The notes under the pieces were generated by a model that made no database searches, was not told the DNA's origin, and saw only the letters and a list, made by a program, of their open reading frames with translations. This document shows positions 11,632-24,649 of a stretch of 64,000 nt of DNA, piece after piece. Position 1 is the first letter of the stretch. Each line of letters begins with the position of its first letter. Origin of the DNA: Octopus bimaculoides (lineage: Eukaryota); the NCBI RefSeq assembly GCF_001194135.2, contig NC_068981.1, positions 40,998,900 to 41,062,899 on the forward strand, given 5' to 3'. The translations under genes were made by a program, and so were the position numbers.

Positions 11632-13399
11632 ATTATTATTATTTTTATTATGAACAGAAGTTTATGGTGGAAACTATAACTACTAATCTTGCACTATTTT
11701 AAATATATAATTAGATAAGTAATTCATATGTTGATGTTCTTGGACAGTTTTGATCGTTAAAGCTTCCTCTTCAAGGAGTATCATTTTTATAAGAGTGTGG
11801 ATAAGCATAGAAAATGGGTTACATACCTGCTTTATGATTGATTACCCAGATCAAGTATATATTTCTGAATCTATTATTCCTCTGTGCTTAATTTTTTGTC
11901 TTAAACATATGCTTTGTTAGAAAAATGGTATTGTACCATAAACTTTTTCTTTTTTCTTTTTTATTTCATAAGGAAGCTTTTTCTGATGTTTGTACAATGA
12001 ACTATGGTATTTCTAGTATGTTTTGATTTTTTTGATTTCACCATTTCATTTGTGGTTTGTTTCTTTCTTATGTTTGTTTCCCAATATCTGTTGATTTTCT
12101 TAAACTTATTTTTTAATTGTTGATTGAATTTGTCCCGGCATGGCTGCAGTCTAATTACTGAAACAGGTAAAAGATATGTATAGTGCACCAGCACTAATCT
12201 GAAGGCAAATGTTTTATTGTGTTTCACTATGAATCTGTTTCCATAACCACATAAAACTCACATTATTGTCATGAGAAGAAGAACAACAAATTGTGTTCTG
12301 CAATTAATTAAGAAGTAGCTGAAACAGATTTTTCTTTCCATTTTGTTTCTCTGCTGATAGTTACATTTTCTGAGAGAAAATACTTTTGCCTCTCAAGCAT
12401 ATTGCTTTGTAATCAAACAGGTTATGCAATCACACCTATTTCACAATGTATATATGAAGCCAATTAAGTTTTAACTTAAATTTGGTATGATTTAAGACTT
12501 AACAGAGAATGCATGTTTAATCAGTGTGAATATAGGCATAACATTTATATGAAAAATAATTCTGAATGTATGTATGCATTTAGTATTGAACCCACACCAC
12601 CAACCTTATTGCTGCCTAGATTCATTATCCCCTATCACAAAAATGCTGAAAGAAATTTAATTGCTATTATAACACTATATTTCATCATTATTTCAGATCA
12701 AGGTTTTCTTTACTAGTTTATTTTTGTTGCCTTTTGGTCAACAAATGGTTTAAAACTGTTTTGTGAAAAGCAGACTGTGTGAAACATGTGTAAGAAATAG
12801 AGAATGGGATATTCAATATACACACAGACTGTGTGCTTTCCAGTTCCAGTGCCTCACTGTTACAAGAGAATGAGACATTGGCAGGATAACTTTTAGACAT
12901 TTGAAGAATTTGGTCTATCTATACCCTGTCAAGCCACTAGATGGTCCAGTCCTTGTGTGCCTCAATGATACTGAAAACTATGCCAGTGAAGCACAAGCTT
13001 CTAGTAGGGCCTCCCATGCTGAATAAATAAAAGGGATAGTGGCCAGACTAATGTGGACCACCTTTTCTCAAAGGTAAAAATGGGTTTGCATAGGCCCAAC
13101 ACCCCTACCTGGAAAAAGCAAAGTTACAGAAACAACAATAACAATTCAAAACCAACAAGACCTGGGAGAGGAAAGCCTTCCCTCAGGAAAACATAAAACA
13201 TAATGCAGCATCCTAAGAAAACCAACAACATACATTACATATTTTATAGCCTTGTGTTTGGATATATGATTTAATGGAGTGGGGGTAAGCAATGTATTCA
13301 CATGACATACTACTGCTATACGCGACTCCAAAACACCCTCTGTAATCTCAAATAATAACGTTACTCTTTATAAGAGTTCAATGAGTCACACAGGGATGT

Positions 13400-13625
13400 T
13401 AATGTCTCTCATCACAACAACATATCAAGCCTTAACCTGGAACCCTCAAGTGAAGTAGAAGAGAGGATGCCCTAAAAAATAAAATAGCTGGAGACGGAAT
13501 ACTGAGGCAGATCTGAAAAACCTGGGATCCAAATGAAAGGAGTAGAAAAGACCACCCAGAGTCAAGAAGAGCAGAGATAATTCATCGATTTCCTATATTC
13601 GATAGAGAGGGAAGGCTTAATTAAG
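13400..13625 (+). mobile_element. 3' end of an RTE-like LINE
   Basis: Translates to QALTWNPQVK*KRGCPK...WRRNTEADLK, matching the ALxWxPxGxRxRGRP motif at LINE ORF2 ends. Confidence 0.7.
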
Positions 13626-14593
13626 TAGTTGTACTTTGTCGGAGCTTAGACTGACTCTAATGTGAAGGTACCTTTACTGTTATTCAAATCCAGGATTACT
13701 GACTTACCAACCAGATCCACAAAGATTGTCCTCAGGGAAAGATTTAAGGATTTCTCCCATCCCACTGCAGCAACTCAACAGAATACTACATAATCATTCA
13801 AATTGGGGACAAGTGCATACACTCCAGACACTGATGACTACTGTTAGATCTTGTTGAACTGTCTGATTCTTGCCATCATAGAAAACAAATGTAAAATGCT
13901 GCTACTGGTGGTTTGGAGGAGACAAAGTAGGGAAAGGAGGATATATGTAGATATGAAGATTACACATTCTCTTATTAATTCTATTACATATATAATTACA
14001 TGTGTATACCTGGCATGAGACCTAATGTTCCACTCCTGTTTCACCACTTGGATTGGAAATTTACTATCAAATTGATCCATTAAAATATTTGCTGATGTGG
14101 CACTGCTTGACTCAGATTCTGTTAACTATGATGTGCATCACAGTTTGGTATTGTCCTCTCATGCTTTTCTTTCTCTGCACCAGCAACCTACTCGCTAGTA
14201 ACATTATCCAAATCAACTTCTAATCAATTCTTACCACTCTTTGCTTTTTGATAAAATTCTGCACACAGGTGTATGTATATTCAAGCTAAACAAACATGCC
14301 AGAAAAATATGCTACTTCTATGAACAAAAGTTTGAAGATGTCCTATATATGACAATCTAATCTCTGGCAATATTATCAAAACATAGCTACAGCATATATA
14401 AGGTTAGGTTAGATTCACTCTGCATGCAACCCAATGCAACTTGTGTCAAAGCCAGCTTGTTAACAACTAGACTGTTCACCCACCAACCCTGTTTAATGAG
14501 TGAGATGGGTGCGTGGATACCCAATAGGGTTAAAAATCAATAGAATCTATTATAGGTGGAAGAGCCTCTCACAGTGAAGCCAATAGATAACCA

Positions 14594-15186
14594 GGATCTT
14601 TGTGGTTTTCATTACTGTTTACAGTTATCTTAAAAAAAGTTTTCTAATGTATCATACAGATGTAATTTTTGATGCTGAATCCGAATTTGTTATTCATTTA
14701 TTCTAGAAAAATTTTGCAAAAATGTTACAGGTGTTCAAAGCTTGATCATTTTCAGAATTTTCAGCCAATCAGAAAACAGCATGTTTGCTATCTCTTCCAT
14801 CTTCGGGGGGAGGGGAGCACCGACATGTCAAAATATTAAATTAGGATTTTATAAAATAAATTATCTTTCTTGTATCTCCTTCTCCTCCTTGTGTACATGC
14901 ACAGTATCTTTGGTTACTATGGAAATAGTTCTTTGCAATCAGCTATGCAACACGTGGTGCTTCTTTGCTTTGGTGATATGTAAAATACTTGCTTCTGATT
15001 AGCTAAAATACCCAAATTTTTCAAATTTGAAAGGCTTTTTAATTATGGATTTATTAACTTTTTAATTATGGATTTATAGGAAAAATGAATTTCATTCTCA
15101 TAATTAGTATACAAAACTTAATCCATATAGCAAATTTGGAGACAATCGGAACTGACTGTAAACAGTGACAAAAACCACAAAGATCC
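14594..15186. mobile_element. ~590-bp MITE with 32-bp TIRs
   Basis: ggatctttgtggttttcattactgtttacagt (14594-14625) matches the reverse complement of actgtaaacagtgacaaaaaccacaaagatcc (15155-15186) at 29/32. A possible decayed 8-bp TSD is gataacca/aacaaccg. Confidence 0.8.
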
Positions 15187-15754
15187 AACAACCGTACTTG
15201 GAAAAGAAACAGGTGCTGCAATGTCATCTATTAACTGAAGCACACTGCCATGCATATAGGTCATCTTAGATTATGGATTTTATATGTATAATAAGGAATA
15301 CACAACACACTAATCCTCTCCACCAACATACAACCTTTGACTAAAACTTTCACAAACCTTATAAATGTTAGTGATCACAATCTGTCTCAACTACCACTTG
15401 TCTCTAATATAAACAAAATTACATCAGCTAAGCTGTTCCTTCTTTTAAGAAACAGAAAGAACTTCAGTTCTGAACAGCTGGAGGCCCAAGACAAAGTTAC
15501 ATCTTTGAGATGGAACAGCTGCATTATACATAAATATTTAAAACTGCCTAAAGAAAATAAGGCCATCTGAGTGATTGGCAAAGTTATTATACATACTAAC
15601 AAACTCAAGCATCACTGATGCAGTGTATATTTACTCTGCCTTTCTATAACAATTTTAATTTCTGCTCTCCTGAATAAACAGCTATGTTGACAGTGACAGT
15701 TAGTGGGAGCTTGCAAAGGCTCCACCACCTCCACCTTCTATAACAAAAATCTCA

Positions 15755-16146
15755 TGTATATATGTGTGTGCGTGTGTATGCATGTGCATGTGAGTTAGTG
15801 AGTGTGTGTGCATGTGTGTATGTGCATGTGTTTGTGTGTGTGAGTGTGTGTATGTAAGTGTAGGTGTGAGTGTGTGTGTGAGTGTGTGTATGTAAGTGTA
15901 GGTGTGAGTGTGTGTGCATGTGTGTGTGCGTGTGTGTGTGCACGCACGTGCGCACGTGCATGTGTATGAGACTCAAATTCATGCCAGCATGGAAAATGGA
16001 TGATAGATGATGATGATGATGATGAAGAAGAAGAAGAAGAACAAAAAGTACTTGATACAGAAATAAAGTATGGTTATCTACAGTAGTAGTGATATTATGC
16101 TTGGTAACTACACTTATATGCACATGCACAAACACACACAAACGCA

Positions 16147-16190
<44 letters not shown>
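15755..16190. repeat. (TG)n/(CA)n and (GAT)n(GAA)n simple repeats around an RTE-type tail fragment
   Basis: Direct reading. ccagcatggaaaatgga...gatgatgat is at 15984-16025. Confidence 0.9.
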
Positions 16191-16191
<1 letters not shown>

Positions 16192-16454
16192 GCTAGAAGG
16201 AAATGAAGTGGGTATGCTCCTCTGAATGTGTAGTGTTAGTGTGCCTGAACACAAATGAACCGAAGAGTAAACTAGTAAGAGCATGAAAAAAAAGCTGTGT
16301 ATGGAGGCTGACATCTAGCTAAGGAAGTACCAGGCAATCCAGAGGAACTTTTGAATAAAAGTGACATGAAAAGAAATGCTGATGGCTGATTTCAGGAAGA
16401 TGTATCTCATAAAAAAGACCCATTTGTTCCTTGCAAGCATGAGGGAAGAACTAC

Positions 16455-16596
16455 AAATGATGATGATGGTCGTGGTGATTGCAATGACAATGACAACAGT
16501 GATGATATTGATGATGATGACAACGACGACAATGATGATTGTGGTGGTGGTGGTGGTTGCAATGAAAATGTTGACAATGATGATAGTGATGATGAC

Positions 16597-16627
<31 letters not shown>

Positions 16628-16700
16628 ATAGTGATGGTGGTAGTGGTGGTCATGATACTGGTGGTAGTGGTGGTAGTAGTAGTGATAGTGGTGATGACAA
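16455..16700. repeat. Degenerate (GAT/GTG/GTA)n triplet low-complexity tract
   Basis: Direct reading. It produces spurious poly-M/V and poly-T/I ORFs on both strands. Confidence 0.9.
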
Positions 16701-17431
16701 CATGCACATATTTATATTATTTATATCATGGTTAGGCTCCAGTTGAAATTAGTTTATGAAGAATTTTCATATTTTGATATCAGAAAAAACAGAACGCTTT
16801 ACTAAAAGAACTCAAAACAAAAACCCAGCATGCATTATGTCTAGTCATAAACTCCCATTAATAATATGCTACAAAAATTGAAAAATTTCCTTATCTACAA
16901 GAAACCATCAGCCTGCAACCTGCTCAACGCTCTTCCAGTGACTAATATAATTTACATATTCAGATACAAACATTCTAACATTTAAATATCCTAACTTCAA
17001 ATGTTACACTGGACACACTTTATAGCTGGCTGACCATGTGTCTAAAACAAGAAGCTACTGAAATATATTTTATTACAACAACACTAAACACTAAACAAAT
17101 TAAGTAGAAAAACATCAGTTTTCATAGTACAGTCTTCTTAACTAGAATATTATCAGCCCTTGCCCTCTGCTTAAAAGCTTCATTGAATTTCTCTTGCTCT
17201 CATTCTGTGTGCGTGTGTGAGGGTGAACATATATATACATATGTAATGTATGTGTGTGTTTGTGTGTATGTATATATATGTATGTGTGTATGTGTGTGAA
17301 TATGAACATATATATATTATTGTTGTATTTCAGGATGGTTGGTTTTTTTTTTTTTTTTTCCAAATAAACACATGCACTATATATTCGTTCTTCACTCGTT
17401 TATTACTGTTCTTATTCTAACTCATGTCCAT

Positions 17432-17477
17432 TGTCCGGAAATCTTTCATCACACATTTGTGACCTCCTCAGTGACAC
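17432..17477 (-). ncRNA. Putative minimal type I hammerhead ribozyme (PLE-type), copy A
   Basis: The - strand reads GUGUCA CUGAGGA G GUCACA aaug UGUGAU GAAA GAUUUC CGGACA. It has both core boxes, a 6-bp stem II, a UUC cleavage triplet and a quasi-palindromic stem III. It lies in a ~150-bp repeat shared with 28850-29005. Confidence 0.6.
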
Positions 17478-17608
17478 TTTCTGTCTTCATGTGTGCTCTT
17501 GCTCTGCTTAATCCATTAATCAGAATACAAGAATATCTGTTTCAACAGACGGTTTCACATCAGGAATCTTGCAACACAAATTCATCGATATATATATATA
17601 TATATATA

Positions 17609-17668
17609 NNNNNNNNNNNNNNNNNNNNNNNNNNNNNNNNNNNNNNNNNNNNNNNNNNNNNNNNNNNN
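17609..17668. other. Assembly gap flanked by (TA)n
   Basis: 60 N. Confidence 0.99.
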
Positions 17669-17694
17669 TATATGTATATATATATATACATATA

Positions 17695-18102
17695 TCATCA
17701 TCATCATTTAACGTCCACTTTCCATGCTAGCATGGGTTGGACGATTTGACTGGGGACTGGTGAACCAGATGGTTACACCAGACTCCAGTCTGATCTGGAA
17801 GAGTTTCTACAGCTGGATGCCCTTCCTAATGCCAACCACTCTGAGAGTGTAGTGGGTGCTTTTTACATGCCACCGGCACGAGGGCCAGTCCGGTGGTACT
17901 GGCAACGGCCACGCTCAAATGGTGTTTTTTTACATGCCACCTGCACAGGAGTCAGTCCAATGTTTTGTTCACATGCCATCGGCACAATTGCCAGTAAGGT
18001 GAAGCTGGAAACGATCTTGCTCAAATGGTACTTTTTACGTGCCACAGGCACGGAAGCGAGACTGCTGCTCTGGCAGTGATCCCACTCAGATGGTGCTGTT
18101 AG
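17695..18102 (-). mobile_element. 3' UTR/tail of an RTE-family LINE (or derived SINE) with (ATG)n tail
   Basis: catcatcatttaacgtccactttccatgctagcatgggttgg... matches 50870-51230 and the reverse complement of 27560-27900. Confidence 0.85.
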
Positions 18103-18479
18103 GTCAACATGTAATCTTTTATTGTATATTTTTTTCTCTGATGATATTGTGATGGTATAAATACAAATTTAAACCATAAATTTGTAATTTATTTAATAAG
18201 CATAATTGAAACAGCTGCAGGAAGTATGAAGTATCATTTTATTAATAAATAATCATTAACTTTCAACTCTCCATTTTCTTTCCTGCTATTAAGTGAATAT
18301 AGATTATACCATCTAACCCATGCCAGTATGGAAAACGGACATTAAATGATGATGAAGACAAAGATGATGATGATGATGATGATGATGATACACACACACA
18401 CACATATATACACACATATACATACATGTTAAGAAAGTCTGAAGGGTATCACACTGGTTCACAAGGAAACAGAAATACT

Positions 18480-18570
18480 AAAATTACACAGTTTCTTTGT
18501 GGATGACTTGAAACTATATTCCAAGAATATGCATGAGATGAAAAAGAGCCTTGACCTGGTTACAACAGGT
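18480..18570 (+). mobile_element. Short LINE RT fragment
   Basis: KLHSFFVDDLKLYSKNMHEMKKSLDLV contains an RT catalytic FxDD motif. Confidence 0.6.
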
Positions 18571-18899
18571 TTGCTATTTCTTCCCTTCAAACTAACTATA
18601 AGTGGCTGCATATTTTTTACTGAACTTTTACTTTTATAACATACTTGACAGTTTCATTAAAATTGATTAGCAATTTAGGTTGGTGCAGTTAGGCACCTCC
18701 CACTAACATCTAACATAGCAAAATGTTCCATTTTGATTTAACATTGATAAGAATATAGAGAAATTAGAAATTAATGATTAAACGTTTTAGATAAACAAAA
18801 GCCATTTACAAATACCAACTTAGTATTGAAACAGGATAGTAGACGTACTTATGGGAAATGAACCATATACCTATTGTTTATCAGATGAATGTGCTAGCA

Positions 18900-19119
18900 A
18901 GGCAGCGAGCTGGCAGAAACGTTAGCATGCCAGGCAAAATGCTTAGCAGCATTTTGTCTGTCTTTACATTTTGAGTTCAAATTCCGCCGAGGTTGACTTT
19001 GTCTTTCATACTTTTGGGGTCGATAAATTAAGTAACAGTTGTGTTCTGGGGGTCAGTCTAAATAACTCGCCCCCCCCTCTCTCACAAAAATTTCGGGCCT
19101 TGAGCCTAGAGTAGAAAAA
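18900..19119 (+). mobile_element. tRNA-derived SINE (family A)
   Basis: Near-consensus copy beginning aggcagcgagctggcagaaacgttagc. The flanks gtgctagca/gtgttagca form an imperfect TSD. Confidence 0.88.
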
Positions 19120-19299
19120 ATGTTTGTGTTAGCATTATGATAACCTTAAGTGGCTTTAATTCCTTTTATTGAATACAAATATTGATAACACAGTTAAAAG
19201 AGAGTCTTACTAGAATTCTGTGCAATAAAAACCTGTTTAAATAAGTAATTTTACTCTTATATTAATAATTCTCTGATGCTAATTTTTTTTTACTTATAT

Positions 19300-20540
19300 T
19301 ATATGAATTTGTGAATAATAGCTTTGTTGGAGATTTGTGCTAAATAGGGTTCCAAAAGATTGATCATAGGTTCATTGTATTTTCTATGGTAAGAGTAACA
19401 AGTGGTGTTGGTGTATTTAGCCTTTAAAAGTTTTTCAAGTGTGACATCTCTGATTGCAGTTTCTGGAAGTTTGTTCCATATTTTGATAGTTAGATATAGA
19501 GGTCTGAAGCAGACCACAGATTTGGAGAAGAGAGGGCATGTCATTGATGAGGTTGCACATGGCAATGAAAGGATTTTGACAAACCTAACTGATTGAATTA
19601 ATGATTAATCAAACAGTCACTCAGGTAATTGGTTAAATGTAAATGTATTAACTAATAATGGTAAAAGAAGTGAAATAGACGACTGCATGTGTTTATCTTT
19701 GGCATAATGACTTTCTTAAGATTCAACAAAATAAGTATAGAATGCTCTTCTCCAAAGTGTGAGTCTTGGCATCAGTTGCGATGAAGCTACATGCAGATAT
19801 AAATGATATCTTTCAGACTATAATAACAACATTGCTCAAAGTTATTGCTTGAGTAGGCAGCAAGCTGGCAGAGTCATTAGCACACCAGGTAAAATGCTTA
19901 GCAGTATTTCGTCTGCCTTTATGTTCTGAGTTCGAATACTGCCGAGGTCAACTTTGCTTTTCATCCTTTTGGGATCAATAAATTAAGTACCAGTTGCATA
20001 CTGCGATTAGTCTAATCAACTGGCCCCCCTCCCCAAAAATTTCAGGCCTTGTGCCTAGAGTGGAAAAGAAAGTTATTGCTTGAGTGCCTTTTACAGAGTA
20101 TTGTTGCTTCAGAAATCTATTTCCTGGGATTTAAACTGCTGATAGCAAACTTTATTGCAGAACATCAGAAGCTGTAATAATCATTGAAGCTTACTTTTGG
20201 ACTGTAGTGGATCAGATTATTATATCATGTGAAGTATTTATTTTGGAAAGACAAGCATAAATCATAATGCTTTGGATATATGTTCTGTAAACAGTGGCTT
20301 TTCCTTTCATGATCAGCTTATATGCTATTTTTGCGTAGTGCTTAGGCTTTGTACAGCTTTGTTACATTTTGAAGACATATGTTCTGCCTACACCAGCTTT
20401 CTGTTTATGATTATATCAAAAATTTCATGCTGCCTTTTCACAGGCAGCTTACAATTTTCAAAATGCTGGTTTTAGGGGCTTTTCTTTGCTAGAATCTCCT
20501 TTACACCAGGATTTTCATATTTTTGGTACTCATGAAACCC
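19300..20540 (-). mobile_element. Degraded CR1/L2-type LINE 3' region, interrupted by a SINE
   Basis: The - strand reads YRTYIQSIMIYAC... and IKIWNKLPETAI...LEK, matching the LYxxxIRPxLEY and WNxLP motifs. Confidence 0.6.
19855..20068 (+). mobile_element. tRNA-derived SINE (family A) with 17-bp TSD
   Basis: The exact direct repeat aaagttattgcttgagt lies at 19838-19854 and 20069-20085. Confidence 0.92.
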
Positions 20541-20899
20541 CACTAGATTGGGTTAAAATTTTAGGAGCCTAAAAGATATTTGAAATAGCATTATGTTAGC
20601 ATAATTTATTTGTTGTTCTTATCTTAGTGGTTTGAAAAATTCAATTGCAGAACTAAAACATTAAGAATTAATGATTCTGTTAAGCTTGTTCCTGGTTTGA
20701 GAGAAATAATAATTGGTGATGGATGTTACTTGAAATTGTAAATCAACCACTATTATTCAGTTTATTTCAATTTCTTTTTTTTTTTTTGCATGTTATTGGA
20801 CATGGTGAAAAAGTTCCTGCACATAAACATGTAATTAGAAACCACATTAATACTTTTAAAGTTTTTGTGCTTATAGTAAGGGTACTCCATTAATAATGC

Positions 20900-22480
20900 A
20901 ATCCAAAATTTTGTCAATTCCAATTGCTGAAATTTTATTTAAGGGAAAAATCTGTTGCATGTCTATTTGCTGTTCACTTTATTCTTGTAATAGATTGCTT
21001 AATTTTAACAAATATACAAATGGGTTTTCAATTTCAGCAAGAAAATAGTGTTATTGATTTACGCACAATCAGACAAATGTTACCAAACTGAGCCCTGTAT
21101 TTTGACTTGACAGTTTTATACTATGAAACAAAATTTGCTTCACAGTTTCAAACACTTGACAGTGTCACTTCAGTGTCTTAATTTACATTTAAGTGATTTA
21201 ATTTTACTTTGGACTTTGAAATATCAATTAGAACCATAACACTGTAAGATTAACTTCATTCAACCGAAGTGAATATATCAGAAAATTGTGCCAGCTTTTC
21301 ATCCCATACATAACTTTTAGTTTGGCTCAAAAGTTCAAAAAGATGTTCAGGCAGAAACAAAACCTATTTCATCATTTTACATCCATTTTCCATGCTGATA
21401 TGGGTTGGACAGTTTGAGAAGAGCTGATGAGGCAGAAGATTGCACCAAGTTCCACTGTCTGTTTGACATGGTTTCTACTGATGGATGTCCTCATTAGCAC
21501 CAACCTTTTCACAGTGTGTACTGGGTTTGTTTTACAAGGCACCAGTATTAGTGAAGTTACCAAATAACCCACAAGACAAGAACCCTCAACTGAGGGACGT
21601 ATAAGATTGAGGGAAATGAAAAGTTAAAGTATGATGGGGAGACAGAAACAGTAGAGGAAATAGATGACAACCCCAACTAGAAAGAGAGAGAAGATGGGGA
21701 AGAAGTGTCAAGTTACAAGAAGATGAATCTAAGAGAAGTGGTCCAGAGGATTGGACTGGGTGAATGGTAGGCAAGATCACAAGAGTGTGAAAGGAGAAAG
21801 TAAATGCAGTGAATGGTGAACACAGGTGGAGGTGGTAAGTGTGAGAAGATGGAGGTAATAGGAAGCAGCACAGGTTATGTGGAGTGTGGGTGGTGTATGA
21901 GAAATGTACAATGCCAGGGACAAGGTCAGATACATATAAGGGTAATAATAAAGTCACATGCAAACCTGCCATATTTTCACAATAAATTGAAGATTATTGC
22001 ATTTAGTAGTCTTAATGTAATATAATTGACCAGCTTTACAGCATCATTTACTGCTAATCTTAGATCTTGAAGCATACATTTTATTGCCTGTGCTTGATCA
22101 TGAAACAGCTGTAGATACATTTACAATTCTGATTTAAATCTTTTATTTTTGCAACATAACCATCATTTCAGTTCCATCATTGCAAATATTTGAATAAAGT
22201 TTTCTATAAGTTTTCAATGTTTTCAATAAATGAATTCATTAAATTAATGCTTTCCCTCCAAAGGCTAGCAGATTAACAGGTCTTCTTCAATGTTACTTTT
22301 ATAAATATAGCCTACAAACTCAAGCAAATTTACTAAACCATTGCCTTTTAAATTATCTATTTGAAGAGAGAATGTTTAGTTTATTTTAACCTTTCTTATT
22401 ACTTCAGTTTTGCAAAAATTTTACATTTGATAATCTTTTATACAAGGCTTTATTAAGTTTCCTGAAATTTAAGTGTTTCA
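20900..22480 (-). mobile_element. Degraded Buster/ZBED5-like hAT transposase remnant, interrupted at about 21370-21960
   Basis: - strand fragments FSLQIDN...LLEFVGYIYKSNIEEDLLIC, CNDG and KLAQFSDIF/RLNEVNL correspond to FSLQLDES, CTDGA and LAYLADIFxxLNELN. Confidence 0.6.
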
Positions 22481-23654
22481 CCTGCTTTTCCTAGTTGATA
22501 AACAATGCAATATAAAATAAGCAAAACATTGACTACACCATCACCTTTGTTCATCATTCACTACATTGACTTCTATTCCCATCTCTAATCATCTGTCATT
22601 CTCTTCTCAAACTCTTGCGAACTTACCAACCCACCCTTCCTGATCCTGTCCCTATACTCTTTTCTACTTACTTTCTTGTGCCTTAAGGGTACACCCTGAT
22701 ATCTTGTTACTACTATATCTCTATTTCAGTTATTCCAAACTTTATATATGTAGGGTAGCCATATATAGCAAGATAGCTATTCCTGTCCCTGTCATACTTT
22801 AGTCTCTCAAACCTGGTCTTAAGCTGCCTCTCTCTCTCTCTACTACACACTACTCAGTTGAGGGGCCCATGTGAGTTACTTGTGACCAGTGCCACATAAA
22901 AAAAGCACCAAGTATACTCTGTAAAAAAGTTAGTGTTAGTAAGGTCATCCAGCAATTGAAAGCATGCCAAAGCCACAGTCTTTCAGCATATTGCTTCCTG
23001 GAATCATCAATCTCAAGCCAACATGGAAGACTGACATTTAATGATGATGATGATGATGATGACAAAAACGTATATTTTTTTTGATTTAATTCCAAACAAT
23101 CTCTTTTAAAATATTCTTCACTTATTTTTTTATAAACCTTCAAATGTGTTGTTTCTAAATGCCACTTAAGATAGATTTAAGGCTGAAACCTTTTCACATT
23201 CAACCAACAGTTCAGTTTTATCACCAGTCCAAATAAAAGTTCTGTAATATTTTCTTTTCTTTGCTCATCTTGTTGTTTTGATGTTGGTTTTGCAGATAAA
23301 TTTTCTATAGGCTCAAGTTATGTAATGCCTCTTCCATTCATATCACTCAGGTTTTGCTTATTAGCACTTGAATTATTGTTGGTATTTTACCATTTATGCA
23401 TTGGGGATGTAAATAAAATGTAATTTATTGATTTTAAAAAATTATTATTTCCTAAAACATTCATCTTCACTATGCATACATTAGAAAAGTCACTAAACCA
23501 TATAACACCAATATTATACATTATTTTTAACAACCAATTCACATTTATTGTTGCCTAAACAGAAAGCAATTAAAAATTATGTAATATTAGCTTAAGCTGC
23601 CAGATACCACTGGTTCAGCAGAATATATACCCAGAATTAATGTTCTTATATGTG

Positions 23655-24045
23655 TAGGTGTAGGTGTGTGTTCGAGAAATTTGCTTCCCAACCTCAGTTT
23701 TGAGTTCAGTCCTGCACTTAGCATCATGGGCAAGTGTCTTCTACTATAGCTGACCAAAGTTTTGTGAGTGGGTTTGATTGATGGAAGCTGAAAGAAGCTC
23801 ATCATGTGTGTGTGTGTGTGTGCCTTTGTGTCTCCTTGTCTTAACATCAAATAATAGTAGTAAGTGAGTAACATGCAGTGCTATTCATTTTTAATATTCT
23901 GCTAAAACATGTCAGGTCATGGGAAAATATCACCTAGCTTGGAAACAATTAAGGGTTGGAGACATTTGGCCATAGAAAATCAGCCTCAATAAACTCTGTC
24001 CAACTCATACAAGCAAGGAAAAGGGGACATTAAAACGATGATGAT
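23655..24045 (+). mobile_element. tRNA-derived SINE (family B head, RTE-type tail)
   Basis: gagttcagtcctgcac...gggcaagtgtcttctactatag...ggacattaaaacgatgatgat. Confidence 0.75.
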
Positions 24046-24649
24046 CAAATCTATGTACTTATTAATTACTCAAGCAGAAATTACTGTGAAAACCCTACAT
24101 AAATCTGTGGTAAGTTTGTGTTCCTTCTTCTTGGAAATCTATATTGTGCAACTACCTTACTTTCCTCAATCTGCACATGTGTCTCTGTATGTGTATGTGT
24201 TTGTAACAACTGACTGATTAATGGAAGAGTATAAAATACAAGATGTGGTGGTGGTATTGGGGGTGGGGTTAGGTAGTGGAAAGAGAAACAGTGAAAGAGA
24301 GGCGCATGGGAAAAAATCTGTCCTGTTGTTTACTACTTAACATATTTGTGTGTGAGTGTGTGCGTGCGTGTGTGTGTGTGTGTGTATGTGTGTGTGTGTG
24401 TGTGTGTGTGTTTGTGTGTGTGTGCTTGCATGTGTGTACATGCATATGTGCATGTATGCATGAGTGTGCTCATTGCCTTAGCAACACTTTATGGATATTG
24501 GTTACATGAATAATCATTATTACATAACAACAGTAAATGGGTTTTTTAAATCCTGAATACAGTAAGCATAAATACATTTTTTTTTAAAATTAACAATGTT
24601 GCATTACAGTTACCTACATACAACTTATAAAATGCTGGTACATCACAGG

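Noticed and set aside
13707-13765. Strong - strand donor (GTAAGT) with an upstream AG
   Set aside because: It sits in sequence that looks LINE-derived, the acceptor is weak, and it does not join the other candidate exons convincingly.
14401-14415. aggttaggttag, telomere-like
   Set aside because: There are only two units, which is expected by chance.
15590-15670. AG/GT-bounded - strand segment (also 18650-18720)
   Set aside because: There are stops in all three frames.
16315-16735. Overlapping 130-aa and 119-aa ORFs on opposite strands (poly-T/I and poly-M/V)
   Set aside because: They are open only because of the triplet low-complexity tract, with no coding signal.
23090-23320. - strand WTGDKTELLVEC, faintly like a Myb/SANT domain of Harbinger elements
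   Set aside because: It is too short and interrupted to support a call without a search.
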